A stretch of 61,878 bases of DNA, counting the filler, from Chiloscyllium plagiosum (lineage: Eukaryota): NCBI RefSeq assembly GCF_004010195.1. It is 4 parts of one record of this genome, joined end to end, with 100 filler letters (N's around TTAATTAATTAA, not from the genome) between each part and the next. Parts side by side here need not be neighbours in the genome. Positions count along the whole stretch, not along the records: positions 33,302 to 53,742 come from NC_057715.1; 3 more parts are not named here. One strand, 5' to 3'. A program made the translations under genes and the position numbers. Position 1 is the first letter of the stretch. Each line of letters starts with the position of its first letter. This document shows, piece by piece, positions 38,611 through 51,505 of the stretch. A model generated the notes under the pieces. It had not been told where the DNA came from, ran no database searches, and saw nothing but the letters and a program-made list of their open reading frames with translations.

Positions 38611-39115
38611 CTACAAAGAAAATCTCCTTGAAGTCATAGTGTTTGGCCTTGACTGTGTTCATTGGTAGCAAATTCTGCAGGGACATCACTCAGTGCAGAA
38701 CAAGGAGACCTGAGATTGATGACTTGAATTCCATGTGCGTTGTGATTGTATCTTACTAGAAGCAGATATGATTTGGTGGCAGATGCCTGTGTTTAATTTA
38801 AGATTTGTCAGCAGTTTCTTCACTCACTCACTGGAGCCCTCTTGGTGGCTTTGCAATGTGCTGAGCTTGGATTTTGTGTTTGGTAATTCATGACACCATG
38901 CTCATGGTGTTGCGTACGTGTGGGGGAGGATCGTTGTAACCTGCCTCTAAATGGTTCTCAGTACAGTATATGTAATGGACCAGAATGCATGTACAGACTG
39001 CTGATTAGGCAGAGAAAACTAGGAGTGCTGGGTGACTGCATGAAAGCTGTAAGCCCACGCTCCTTATGAATGAATTCACAGTGACTTGTCCTGGCTTGAC
39101 TTCAGCAACTTATTC

Positions 39116-39143
39116 CTGATGAAGGGCTTTTGCCCGAAACGTC
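39116..39143 (+). ncRNA. Minimal hammerhead ribozyme motif (family A), intact core
   Basis: CTGATGA A GGGC TTTT GCCC GAA ACGT C; lies in a 95-bp insert (39112-39206) with TSD TTCAGCAACTT. Confidence 0.7.
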
Positions 39144-39269
39144 GATTTTGCTGCACCTCGGATGCTGCCTGAACTGCTGTGCTCTTCCAGCACCACTAAT
39201 CCAAAATTCAGCAACTTCACTCAGATTGGATTTCTTCACTTCCCTTCTTTCCTGCTTGGATAGGGCCCA

Positions 39270-39945
39270 TACCCTCCAATCCCACCTCCCTCTGCTGGGA
39301 TACAGGGTCCACATCCTCCGACCCCCCCCCCTCTCCTCCTGCTGGGACACAGGCTCCACACCCTCCAATCCCCCTCCTCCTGCTCGGATACAGGGTCCAC
39401 ATCCTCCGATCCCCCCTCCTCCTGCTGGGATACAGGGTCCACACCCTCCAATACCCCCTCCTGATGGGATACAGGGTCCACATCCTCCAATCCCCCCTCC
39501 TCCTGCTGGGATTCAGGATACACACCCTCTGATTCCCCTCCTCCTGCTGGGACACAGGATCCACACCCTCCAATCCCCCCTCTCCTGCTGGGATACAGGG
39601 TCCACACCCTCCGATCCCCCCTCCTCCTGCTGGGATACAGGGTCCACACCCTCCGATCCCCCCTCCTCCTGCTGGGATACAGGGTCCACACCCTCCAATC
39701 CCCCCTCCTCCTGCTAGGATACAGGGTCCACACCCTCCGATCCCCCTCCTCCTGCTGGGATACAGGGTACACACCCTCTTATTCCCCTCCTCCTGCTGGG
39801 ATACAGGGTACACACCCTCTGATCCGTCTCCTTCTGCTCGGATACAGGGTCCACACCCTCCGATCCCCCCTCCTCCTGCTGGGAAACAGGGTACAAGCCC
39901 TCTGATCCCCCTCCTCCTGCTGGGATACAGTGTCCACACCCACCA
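39270..39945. repeat. ~33-34-bp minisatellite
   Basis: Tandem CTCCTGCTGGGATACAGGGTCCACACCCTCCGATCCCCC-like units. Confidence 0.92.
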
Positions 39946-41334
39946 GTTTTTTTCCTCTGTCATGTGATTACTTCACAAGGTTCAGTCGAGTCATGTTACC
40001 TGACCACATATTCAGGACTCTTAATCTGAATCAACCAATTCAGATAAATTGATATGTTTTACTGTAGAATCATAGAAAAGTCACAACACAGGAAGAGACC
40101 ATTCAGCCCATCGTATTTGTGACATATCTGAGTGATTTGTATTATCCCTGTCTAGCTGCCTTGCTATCATCATCTCCCATTCTCAGATGGTGTTGACGCT
40201 GTTTGGTACTCTACAAAACCAGGTTAAAAGCTGAGCATTTCTTCAGGTCAGACAATGAGTGTTCCCTGATGAATCTATCTAATCTCTCCAATATACAAAT
40301 CTTCCTTGGATGGTGACTTTCCTTATTCTCGCTTATTGGATAATCAACGGCTGCTTGCATTTTCGTAGCAAGAGTAAAACATCATAATGTGCTTCGTTTG
40401 ATGTTATCCACAAAACCTTGGTCACTGAGGAGGTTTTAAGGAGTGTCTTCAAGAAGAAACCAGAGATTTTGGAAGGGAATTTCTGAACCCAGTGCCCAGG
40501 TAATCAAAGGCATAAAGGCTGAAAATATCAGGGATGCACAACAGACCTGATTTGTAGCAAAGGCAAAGGTCCTGGTGAGTTGCAGGGCTGGAGGCAGTAA
40601 GAGTGGTAGAGAGCAGTAGGAATATGGAGATATATGTACAATTTAACTTCAGGTGTTACCAGACTGAGAGATAATGTACGTCAGTCAGCAGTGAGATGAT
40701 GGATGGGTAGAATATGATGCAAGTCAGTGCAAGCTCAGAACTGTTTGTGATGAGCTGAAATTTGTGGACGCTGCAGGAATGAACAGTTGAGTTTAGTGTG
40801 AGAAACACATACATGAGGTTTCAGTAACATATGAGCTGAGATAGAGACGGAGGCCAGCAATGTCACAGAAATGGGAACAAAATCAGAAATTGCTGGAAGA
40901 GCTCAGCAGGTCTGGCAGCATCTGTGGAGAGAAAGCAGAGTTTCAGGCCTCAGTGATCCCTTTTTCAAGACTGATTGTACTCGAAAAAGGTTGCCATAGT
41001 AGGAGAGGGGAGGGGGAAAGAGTAAATAGTAGGTGAAGACGAAGCCCAGAGAGAGGTAAAAACAGACAGGCAAAGGAGTGGGGCTGAAAATGTGTTGCTG
41101 GAAAAGCGCAGCAGGTCAGGCAGCATCCAAGGAACAGGAGAATCGACGTTTCAGGCATAAGCCCTTCTTCAGGAAATCCCGAAGGCTTATGCCCGAAACG
41201 TCGATTCTCCTGTTCCTTGTGGTACCAATCAAGTGGGCTGCTTTGTCCTGGATGGTGTCAAGCTTATTGAGTGTTGTTAGAGCTGCACCCATCCAGGCAA
41301 GTGGGCATATTGCATCACACTACTGATCTTGAGT

Positions 41335-41860
41335 GTTTGATGGATGTAGTATAGAGGGACCTTTACTCTGTATGTAACTCTGCGCTGTACCATTTTTACA
41401 AATCATTTATGGGATATGAGCATTACTGGCTGGGCCAATATTTATTACCTATCCCTAGTTGCCACTGTAGTTCACTGGATATGGGTACACCCACAGTACT
41501 GTTAGGGAAGGAGATCCAGGACCTTAGTCCAGTGACACTGGAGGAATAGCAATATATTTCCAAGGTGAAATGGTGAGTGGCTTGGAAGGGATCTTGAGCT
41601 GGGAGTGTTTAATGAAGACAGTGTCACGATGTTATATCTACCTGGCATGATGGGGACATTGTGGACAGAGTTTTAATTTCAGTTTTGAAGGAGTAGAGGA
41701 AGCTTTACTCAGAATCTAACCGTGTTGTATGTGTCCTGGGACCCTTTGATGGGGACAGAACAAAGGGAGCTATACTTCCAATTTAAACAAAAAGAGGAAG
41801 CTTTACTCTGTATCTAACCCTGTGCTGTACCTGTTCCTGGAATGTTTGATGGGGACACTT
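41335..41860 (+). repeat. Dispersed degenerate copies of a ~65-bp satellite-like unit
   Basis: AGAGGGAGCTTTACTCTGTATCTAACC...TTTGATGGGGACA recurs about four times, interrupted by a LINE tail. Confidence 0.6.
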
Positions 41861-42792
41861 GACTCCTTAAGTGGAAAGTGTTCCCTCCGTCCTTTGCAAA
41901 GTCTGATGATCAGAGGTAATTTCAAACCAATCTGCTAAGTGATGTAGGAGGTGCTGTAAATCACTGACATTTTGCTTGGTAATTGCACAGGGCAGGCATA
42001 TATTGAGTTTGAGGATTTTGAATTGCAGTAATTAAAGAGTTTGCTGAGGCTCCATGTTGCTTGTTCCTCATGCTCGGACAGTATTCAAGGTCAGTGTGGT
42101 TCTATTCCACACTGAGCCCGAGCTCTCTTCGAGGAGGTCTGCTGTATACATAGAATTTAGTGAGATACTCAACAGGACTGTAAACATCTGAATTAACAGG
42201 GACACATTGTTGGTTCAGGTGGAATCTTGAATCTGTTTCACTGACCTATATATACTCAGCAATTCAGTCAAGTTTCCAGAGCTGCCCTTCACTGTGATTC
42301 TACATATTGATCCTGGTGCCAGGATCTAACAGTCTTATTGACTGTTCCAGCTGTATGCTTGTGTTTTGGGTTGAAACTATCTAATTAAAAGGTGTGTAAC
42401 ATTCAGAATAAAATCAAGTGGGATCCTGGGTTCTCATTGTAACCCTGTTACATTGTACCCTTCACCTATCATTCCAAATGCCCTTGATTCAATCTGTTTT
42501 TTTTCTGGCTCTCATCATAATCTCATTCATTGAATCATCTGTTCAGGCACTGAGAACTTCCTTGCTCGCTCCTTGCCACCCTCACTCCTTGCTTTACTCC
42601 GTTCTCCTCCTCGTACCTCTGCCTCCCTCTCTTTCACCACTTTGTTAAACTTGTTCAGGTCGCTAGCTGCACCATCCTTAGTTAACCCTTAAGAAGGTGG
42701 GGGTGAGCTGCCTTATTGAACCACTGCAGTCCATGTGCTGTAGGTTTGCCCACAATGCTCTTAAGGAGAGAATTTTAGGATTTTGACCCAGT

Positions 42793-43487
42793 GAATTGAA
42801 TTGAATTGAATTTATTGTCACGTGTACCGAGGCACAGTGAAAAGCTTTGTCTTGTGAGCAATACAGGCAGATGACAGGGTTAAGTAGCATCGATAATAAA
42901 TAATAGGTAAACAGCGGCAAAACCAAAAACACAGGTACAGGCGAATGTTAAGATTTTGTGGGTCCATTCAGTATTCTAACAACAGTAGGGTAGAAACTGT
43001 TTCAAAACCAGCTGGTGCGTGTGTTCAGGCTTCTGTACCTTCTCCCCGATGGTAGAGGTTGTAGAAAAACATTGCCAGGGTGGGATGGATCTGTGAGAAT
43101 GCTGGCGGCCTTTCCTTGACATCGGGCCTGGTAGATGGATTCTATAGATGGGAGGGTGGCCTTTGTGATTGTCTGGGCCGAGTTCACCACTCTCTGTAAC
43201 CATCTCCGATCTTGAATGGTACAGTTGCCATACCATGTAGTGATACATCCAGACAGAATGCTCTTCATGGCACAGCTATTAAAGTTGGCAAGGGTATTCG
43301 CTGTCATGCCCAATTTCCTCAGCTGCCTGAGGAAGAATAGATGTTGTTGGGCCTTTGTAACCAGTGCATCCACATGAAGAGTCCAAGAAAGCTTGTTGTT
43401 GATGACCACTCCCAGGAGCTTGACACTCTCCACTCGTTCCACCTCTGTGCTGTTAATGTGGAAGGGGTCATGAGTAACATGAAAGTG
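42793..43487 (-). mobile_element. Rex1/Babar-type LINE 3' fragment, same family as 9417-10395
   Basis: ERVESVKLLGVVI...CITTWYGNC; (TTCAA)n tail. Confidence 0.85.
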
Positions 43488-43744
43488 ACACTGAAGGAAT
43501 GGTGCTATATTTCCAAATCAGGATAGTGTCGTCCCATTTCCCTCCCGTCAGTCGAAGTCACTCTCTTCCCCCAAAACAAAGACTCTCAGAGCCTCAAATT
43601 TTGCCACCAAGAGACTTTAACCTCTTTCTCATTTTACTCTTCGGGGGGCTCGAACCTCAACCAAACACAGAGGACTCAAATCCCACTTAAACACCAAGAA
43701 CCTGAATCCCAATTAAACACAGAAAACTCAAATTCCACTTAAAC

Positions 43745-44580
43745 ACGGAGAGCTTGAACCTCGCTCAAACACGGGGAGCCCAACCCTCACTCAAACATGG
43801 GGAGCCCAACCCTCGCTCATACACGGGGAGCCCAACCCTCGCTCATACACGGGGAGAGCACAACCCTCGCTCAAACACGGGGAGAGCCCGACCCTGGCTC
43901 AAACACGGGGAGAGCCCGACCCTCGCTCATACACGGGGAGCCCGACCCTCGCTCATACACGGGGAGCCCGACCCTCGCTCATACACGGGGAGAGCTTGAC
44001 CCTCACTCATACACGGGGAGAGCCCGACCCTCGCTCAAACATGGGGAGAGCCCGACCCTCGCTCAAACATGGGGAGAGCCCGACCCTCGCTCATACACGG
44101 GGAGCCCGACCCTCGCTCAGACACGGGGAGCCCGACCCTCGCTCATACACGGGGAGCCCGACCCTCGCTCATACACGGGGAGCCCGACCCTCGCTCAAAC
44201 ACGGGGAGAGTTTGACCCTCACTCATACACGGGGAGCCCGACCCTCGCTCATACACGGGGAGAGCTTGACCCTCGCGCAAACACGGGGAGCCCGACCCTC
44301 GCTCAAACACGGGGAGCCTGACCCTCGCTCAAACACGGGGAGCCCGACCCTCGCTCAAACACGGGGAGCCCGACCCTCGCTCAGACCCAGGGAGAGCCTG
44401 ACCCTCGCTCATACACACGGAGCCCGACCTGTGCTCAAACACACGGAGCCCGACCTGTGCTCAAACACACGGAGCCCGACCTGTGCTCAAACACGGAGAG
44501 TGCAACCCTTGCTCAAACACGGGGAGCCCGACCCTCGCTCATACACGGGGAGCCTGAACCTCAACACAGTGCGGAGGATT
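43745..44580. repeat. CpG-rich 26-28-bp minisatellite
   Basis: Tandem GAGCCCGACCCTCGCTCAWACACGGG(GA) units with no spacers. Confidence 0.92.
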
Positions 44581-46817
44581 TGAACCTCAAATCAACCTAA
44601 CCCAGGAAACTTGAATGCCAGTACTGCGCAGAGGAATCAAACCTCAATCACACATTTCCCCCCCCCCAAGTACAGCACAGAGGACTCGAACCACAACCAA
44701 ACCAACCCTAGAGGACTTGATCCCCAGTACCACGTAGAGGACTTGAACTTCAATCACATCCCCCTCCCCCCAATGCAGCTGAGGACCTGAACCTCTGCCT
44801 GCCAGTGCGTTTGCGAAACTGTGTCAACTGAACTAATTACCATTCGAGGAATCTGTAGGAAAAGGAGAAATTGAGTGATGGGACCGTCTCTGGCACACAG
44901 GAATATCGAGAGGGGCCAAGGTTTAAAATCTTACCTAGATGGCCCGTCCGTCTCGAGACACCGATATTCCAGGCGGCTGCTAACACCGTCCGATCGTAAC
45001 TATCCATTTGGATCCTACTGACTCTGTCAATATTGTTGTCCTACTCTTTCCCCCCCCCACCCCGGTCGAAGCAAAACACTCAGAGACACAGTATAGTTTT
45101 ACCTCCTCCATCTTTAGTCCGGGCCCTGGAGGGAGAGAGAACGATTGCCCATGTACACAGAGACATGAATTCACGGTCTTCTCTAGAATAGTAATTTCTC
45201 AATGAACTATGTAGTCATTTTCAGGGAAGAGCATGCATATTAAGGAAACTTATAAATTAATTAGGTGATCGTTACAATCAACGAGTATCAATAGTAACGA
45301 TTAAGCCACCTGCTGTTACACAATGAATAACTCGCTTCACATAATGAATACTTTCCACCTAGTTAAACTAACCTCACATACTGAATGCTACCTCATCTTG
45401 TTAAATGGCTCTACATAATGACTGCATTTCCACCTTGTTAAGCCATTATCCTTTCCTGCAGCACCCCATTGTTAACTGTAAGTTCTTATCTGATCTGAAT
45501 CATGCTCAGCTGAACCTCTTGTTTCACAAAACCCAGAAATTAACTCTTTCCCTGCCTGCATATCCCTATACACATTCTCAGCTTGGAGGAGAACCTGAAG
45601 GTGGTGCTGTTCCCATGTATCTGCTGCCCTTGTCCTTCTAGATGGAAGTGGTTGTGGGTTTAGAAGGTGCTGTCTAAAGAGCCTTGGTGGATTTCTGCAG
45701 TGGATCTTACAGATGGTCCATATTGTTGCTAATGAGCAGGGGTTGTGGAGGGAGTGCATGATTGACATCAAATCCACATCAGTATGTGGATGTACCTATG
45801 AGAGAAGGTGCAAAGCTTGACCTACTCTTGGGAAATAAGGCAGGACAGATGACTGAGGTATCAGTGGGGGAGCACTTTGGGGCCAGCAACCACAATTGTA
45901 TTCGATTTAAAATAGTGATGGAAAAGAATAGACCAGATCTAAAAGTTGAAGTTCTAAATTGGAGAAAGGCCCATTTTGACGGTATGAGGCATGAACTGAT
46001 TGGGGGCTGGAAAATGGGAAGCCTTCAGAAATGAGATAACAAGAATCCAGAGAAAGTATATTTCTGTCAGGGTGAAAGGGAAGGCTGGTAGGTATAAGGA
46101 ATGCTGGATAACGAAAGAAATTGAGAGTTTGGTTAAGAAAAAGAAGGAAGCCCATGTCAGTTACAGACAGCAGAGTGAATCGTTAGAAGTAGAAGTGTAC
46201 TTAGATTAGATGAGATTCCCTACAATGTGGAAACAGGCTCTTTGGCCCAACCAGTCCACACTGACCCTCCAAAGGGTAACCCACCCAGACCCATTTCCCT
46301 CTGACTAATGCACCTAACACTATGGACAATTCAGCATGGCCAATTCACCTGACCTGCACATCTTTGGATTGTGGAAGGAAACCCACACAGACACGGGGAG
46401 AATGTGCAAACACCACACAGACAGTCACCCAAGGCTGGAATTGAACCTGGGACTGTGAGGGTACTTAAAAGAGAAATCAGGAGGGCAAAACGGGGACACG
46501 AGATAGCTTTGGCAAACAGGGTTAAGGAGAATCCAAAGGGATTTTATAAAAACTTTTAAGGACAAAAGGGTAACTAGGGATAGAATAGGGCCCCTCAAAG
46601 ATCAGCAAGGCAGCCTATGTGTGGAGCTGCAGGAGACTATGGAGTTACTAAATGAGTATTTTGCATCATTGTTTACTGTCGAGAAGGACATGGAAGATAA
46701 AGAATGTGGGGAAATAGATGGTGCCATCTTGGAAAACATCCATTGAGGAGGAGGTGCTGGATGCCTTGAAACACATAAAAGTGGATAAATCCCCAGGACC
46801 TGATCAGGTGTACCCTC

Positions 46818-48020
46818 GAACAAAGAATATTACAGCACAGGAACAGGTCCTTTGGCCCTCCCAGTCTACGCTGATCCAGATCCTTTATCTAAATCTACTG
46901 CCTATTTTCTAAGGATCTGTATCCCTTTGCTCCCTGCCCATTCATGTATCTGTCTAGATACATCTTAAATTACGCTATTGTTCCTGTCTCCACCACCTCC
47001 TTTGGCCACACGTGCCAGGCACCCACCACTCTCAGTGTAAAGAACTTTCCATGCATATCTCCCCTAAACCTTTCCCCTTTCACTTTGAACTCGTGGCCCC
47101 TAGTAATTGAGACCCCCACTCTGGGGGAAAAAGCTTGTTGCTCTCCACCCTGTCTATACCTCTCATGATTTTTGAGATCTTAATCGGGCCCCCTTCAACT
47201 TCAGTCTTTCTAATGAAAATAATCCTAATCCACTCAATCTCTCTTCATAGCTAGCGCCTTCCGTACCAGGCAACATCCTGGTGAACCTCCTCTCCAAAAC
47301 ATCCACATCCTTTTGGTAATGTGGTGACCAGAACTGTACGCAGCATTCCAAATGTGGTCAAACCAAAGTCCTATACAACTGTAACATGACCTGCCAACTC
47401 TTGTACTCAATACCTCGTCCAATGAAGGAAAGCGTGCCATATGCCTTCTTGACCACCTTACTGACCTGCGTTGCCACCCTCAGGTAACAATGGACCTGAA
47501 CACCCAGATGTTTCTGTACATCAATTTTCCCCAGGGCTTTGCCATTTATTGTATAGTTTGCTCTTGAACTGGATCTTCCAAAATGCATTATCATGGATTG
47601 AACTTCATCTGCCATTTCTCTGACCAACTGGCCAATCTATCTATATTCTGTTGCATTCTCTGACAGTCCCCTTTACTATCTACTACTCTACAAATCTTAG
47701 TGTCATCTGCAAACTTGCTAATGAGGCAACCGATACCTTCCTCCAAATTATTTGTGTACATTGCAAACAACAGTGGTCCCAGCACGGATCCCTGTAGGTC
47801 GCCACTGGTCACAGGTCTCCATTTTGAGAAGCTCCCTTCCACTACTACTCTCTGTCCCCTGTTGCCCAGCCAGTTCTCTATCCATCTAGCGAGAACATCC
47901 TGGACCCCATGCGACTTCACCTTCTTCATCAGCCCAACATGGGGAACCTTATCAAACACCTTACTATAGTCCATGGGTATGACATCTACAGCTCTTCCCC
48001 CGTCAATCAACTTTGTTCCC
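46818..48020 (-). mobile_element. CR1 LINE 3' half nested antisense
   Basis: MDYSKVFDKVPH, QGSVLGPLLF, KFADDTK. Confidence 0.85.
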
Positions 48021-49228
48021 TCTTCAGACACTATGGGAACTGATTGCTGGGCCCTTTGCTGAGGTATTTGGATCATCAATAGTCACAGGTGAGGCGGTGG
48101 AAGACTGAAGGTTGGCTAACGTGCCACTTTTTAAGAATGGTGGTACAGAAAAGCCAGGGAATTATAGACCAATGAGCCTGATATTGGTCATGGGCAAATT
48201 GTTGGAGGGAATCCTGAGGGACAGGATTTACATGTATTGGAAAAGCAAGGACTGATTAGAGATAGTCAGTATAGCTTTATGCATGGGAAATCATGTTTCA
48301 CAAACTTGATTCAATTTTTGAAAAGGTAATGAAAAGGATTGATGAGGGCAGAGAGGTAGACGTGATCTATATGAACTTCAGTAAGGCGTTCAACAAGGTT
48401 CCCCATGGGAGACTGATTAGCAAGGTTAGATTTCATGGAACACAGGGAGAACTAGCCATTTAGATACAGAACTGGCTTGAAGTAGAAGACAGAGGGTGAT
48501 GGTAGAGGGTTGCTGTTCAGACTAGAGGCCTGTGACCAGTGGAGTGCCACAAGGATTGGTATTGCGTCCACTGCTTTTCATCATTTATAAAAATGATTTG
48601 GATATGAGCATAGGAGGTATAGTTAGCGAGTCTGCAGATGACACCAAAATTGGAGGTGTAGTGGACAGCAAAGAAGGTTATCTTAGATTACAACAGGATC
48701 TGGACCAGATGGGCCAATGGGCTGAGAAGTGGCAGATGGAGTTTAATTCAGATAAATGTGAGGTGCTGCACTTTGGGAAAGCAAATCTTAGCAGGACTTG
48801 TACACTTAATGGTAAGGTCCTAGGGAGTGTTGCTGAACAAAGAGACCTTGGAGTGCAGGTTCATAGCTCCTTGAAAGTGGAGTCGCATGTAGATAGGATA
48901 GTGAAGAAGGCGTTTGGTATGCTTTCCTTTATTGGTCAGAGTATTGAGTACAGGAGTTGGGAGGTCATGTTGTGGCTGTACAGGACTTTAGTTCGGCCAC
49001 TTTTGGAATACTGCATGCAATTCTCGTCTCCCTCCTCTCAGAAGGATGTTGTGAAACTTGAAAGGGTTCAAAAAAGATTTCCAAGGATGTTGCCAGGGTT
49101 GGAGCATTTGAGCTACGAGGAGAGGATGAATAGGCTGGGGCTGTTTTCCCTGGAGTGTCAGAGACTGAGGGGTGACCTCAGAGGTTTATAACACCATGAG
49201 GCATGGATAGGTTAACCATGAGGCATGT

Positions 49229-49545
49229 GGGCGGCACGGTGGCCCAGTGGTTAGCACTGCTGCCTCACAGCGCCAGAGACCCGGGTTCAATTCCCGCCTC
49301 AGGCGACTGACTGTGTGGAGTTTGCATGTTCTCCCCGTGTCTGCGTGGGTTTCCTCCGGGTGCTCCGGTTTCCTCCCACAGTCCAAAGATGTGCAGGTCA
49401 GGTGAATTGGCCATGCTAAATTGCCCGTAGTGTTAGGTAAGGGGTAAATGTAGGGGTATGGGTGGGTTGCGCTTCGGCGGGGCGGTGTGGACTTGTTGGG
49501 CCGAAGGGCCTGTTTCCACACTGTAAGTAATCTAATCTAATCTAA
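49229..49545 (+). mobile_element. Full-length young HE1-type V-SINE
   Basis: Pol III A box TGGCCCAGTGG (49240-49250) and B box GGTTCAATTCC (49284-49294); V-domain TGTGTGGAGTTTGCATGTTCTCCCCGTG; CR1-like tail; (TCTAA)n. Confidence 0.92.
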
Positions 49546-51173
49546 ATAGGCAAAGTCTTTTACCTGGAGTGGAGCAGAGGTTTAGGGTGAGAGAAGGAAA
49601 GATTTAAAAGGAATCTAAGGGACAACTTTTTCACGCAGATGGTAGTGCCTGTATTAGCTGCAGAGGAGGCCACTTCAATTACAAATTTATAAGGCATCTG
49701 GATGGGTTTATGAATAGGAAGGGTTTAGAGGGATATGGGCCAAGTGCTGGCAAATGGGACTAGATTAAGTTAGGATATCTGGTCAGCATGGACGAGTTGG
49801 ACTGAAGGGTCTGTTTCCATGTTGTACATCTCTATGACTCTCTGTACGTGGGCTGCTTCTTCCTAGTTGGTGTCAATCTCCTTGAGCCTAATTTGATCTG
49901 CAGTCATCCACTCCAGGCTTGTGTCTTGTAGATGATGGACAAGCTTTTGGGAGTCAGAAGGTGACTTGCTGCAGGATTCCCAGCGTCTGACCTGCTCTCT
50001 TCAGCCCTTCCTCATGAAGGGCTTTTGCCTGAAACGTCAATTTTCCTGCTTCTCGGAAGCTGCCTGACCTGCTGTGCTGTTCCAGCACCACTCTAATCTC
50101 CAGCATCTGCCTAGTTCAGTTTCTGGTCAATGGTTACCCCAAGCATGTTGATAGTGGGGAATTCAGCCATGAAAATGCCAGTGTATATTAAGGAATAATG
50201 GTTAGATTCTCTCTTGTTGGTCATTATGAGGGGTATGGACAGGCAGATGTGATCATTGACTGGCACTCTTATTGTGTCACTGTTACTTGCCTGATCCTGG
50301 ATATTGTCCAGGTCTTGTTGCATTTCAACTGGACTATTTTAGTATCTGAGGAGTTCTGAGGTGTGCTGAACATCACAATCATCAGCAAATATCTCCACTT
50401 CTGAACTGAGGATGGAAGCAAGGTCATTGAAGCAGCTGACAATGTTTGAGCCATGGACAGTATAGCAATGAACTTGGGGCTTCTGTGGATCCGTGTTCAT
50501 GTTCCTACCTCTGACCCATGAGAAGTCACCATTCATGACCCCTCAGATACTGAAACAGTCCATCCCCAGAAGAAAAATGGTAACAGTAGAAGGTTGTTTG
50601 TGTGGCTGGAGCCCAGTATGTAATGATGTAGAACAGAGATCAGTGCTTGGTCTCTTATTGTTTGTGATGTTCATCAATGATGGAGATGAGAATGTGAAGG
50701 GGAATGATAAGTAAGTTTGCAGATGACACAAACATTAGCTCAGTGGCTGACAGTGAGGAGACGGGTTTTAGGCTGACAGTGAGGATATAAATGGATTGTC
50801 AGGTGGAAGGTCAGTGACAGATGGAATTTGACCCTAATAAGTGTGGAAGAAGGAACAAGACAGGGGAGTACTGAATGAATAGCATACTGAATAGAAGCTC
50901 CTAGGATCAGAGAGATGTTCAGGTCCTTGTCACAGATCCCTGAAGGTAGCAGGAAAGATTATTCGGGTAGCTAAGAAAGCATATGGGACAATTGCCTTCA
51001 TCAGTTGTGGCAGAGATTATAAGAGCGGGGATGTCATGTTTTAGCTGTACATAACTTTTGTTAAAGCCACAGCTGAAGTACAATGTGTAGTTCTGTTCAT
51101 TGCACAATAGAAAGGGTGTGATTGTACTGGAGGGGGTGCAGAGGAGATTCACCAGGATGTTGCCTGGAATAGT

Positions 51174-51505
51174 GGGGAAGCGATGGCCTAGTGGTATTAT
51201 TGCTGGACTGTTAATCCAGAGACCCGGATAACGGTACGGGGATGGTTCGAATCCTGCCACAGCAGATGGTGGAATTTGAATTCAATAAATATCTGGAATT
51301 AAGAACCTAGTGATGACCATGTCAATTGTTGGAAAAACCCATCTGATTCACTAATGTCCTTTAGGGAAGGAATCTGCCATCCTTACCTGGTCTGGCCTAC
51401 ATGTGACTCCAGACCTACAGCAATGTGGGTTTGTCCTAACTACTCTGTGGGCAGTAAATGCTGGCTTAGCCAGTGACACCCTCATCCTGTGCATGAATAA
51501 AAAAA
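51174..51505 (+). mobile_element. tRNA-derived SINE of a second family
   Basis: A box TGGCCTAGTGG (51184) and B box GGTTCGAATCC (51244); tail shared with the CR1/L2-clade LINE family; partial copy at ~7560-7825. Confidence 0.75.

Larger units (their letters stand above)
45780..49845 (+). mobile_element. Long CR1 LINE ORF2 with nested HE1 SINEs (46201-46455 -, 49229-49545 +) and an antisense CR1
   Basis: Colinear endonuclease-end, RT (GVPQG, ADDTK) and C-terminal fragments; 3' tail CTATGACTCT. Confidence 0.9.

Noticed and set aside
39130..39963. Collagen-like or Pro/Gly-rich ORFs
   Set aside because: Products of the 33-34-bp minisatellite, open in multiple frames on both strands
43745..44580. 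CRISPR-like array or repetitive protein
   Set aside because: Contiguous tandem units with no unique spacers, no cas genes, vertebrate context
49229..49305. tRNA gene
   Set aside because: A/B boxes belong to a SINE head continuing into V-domain and LINE-derived tail; likewise 51174-51260
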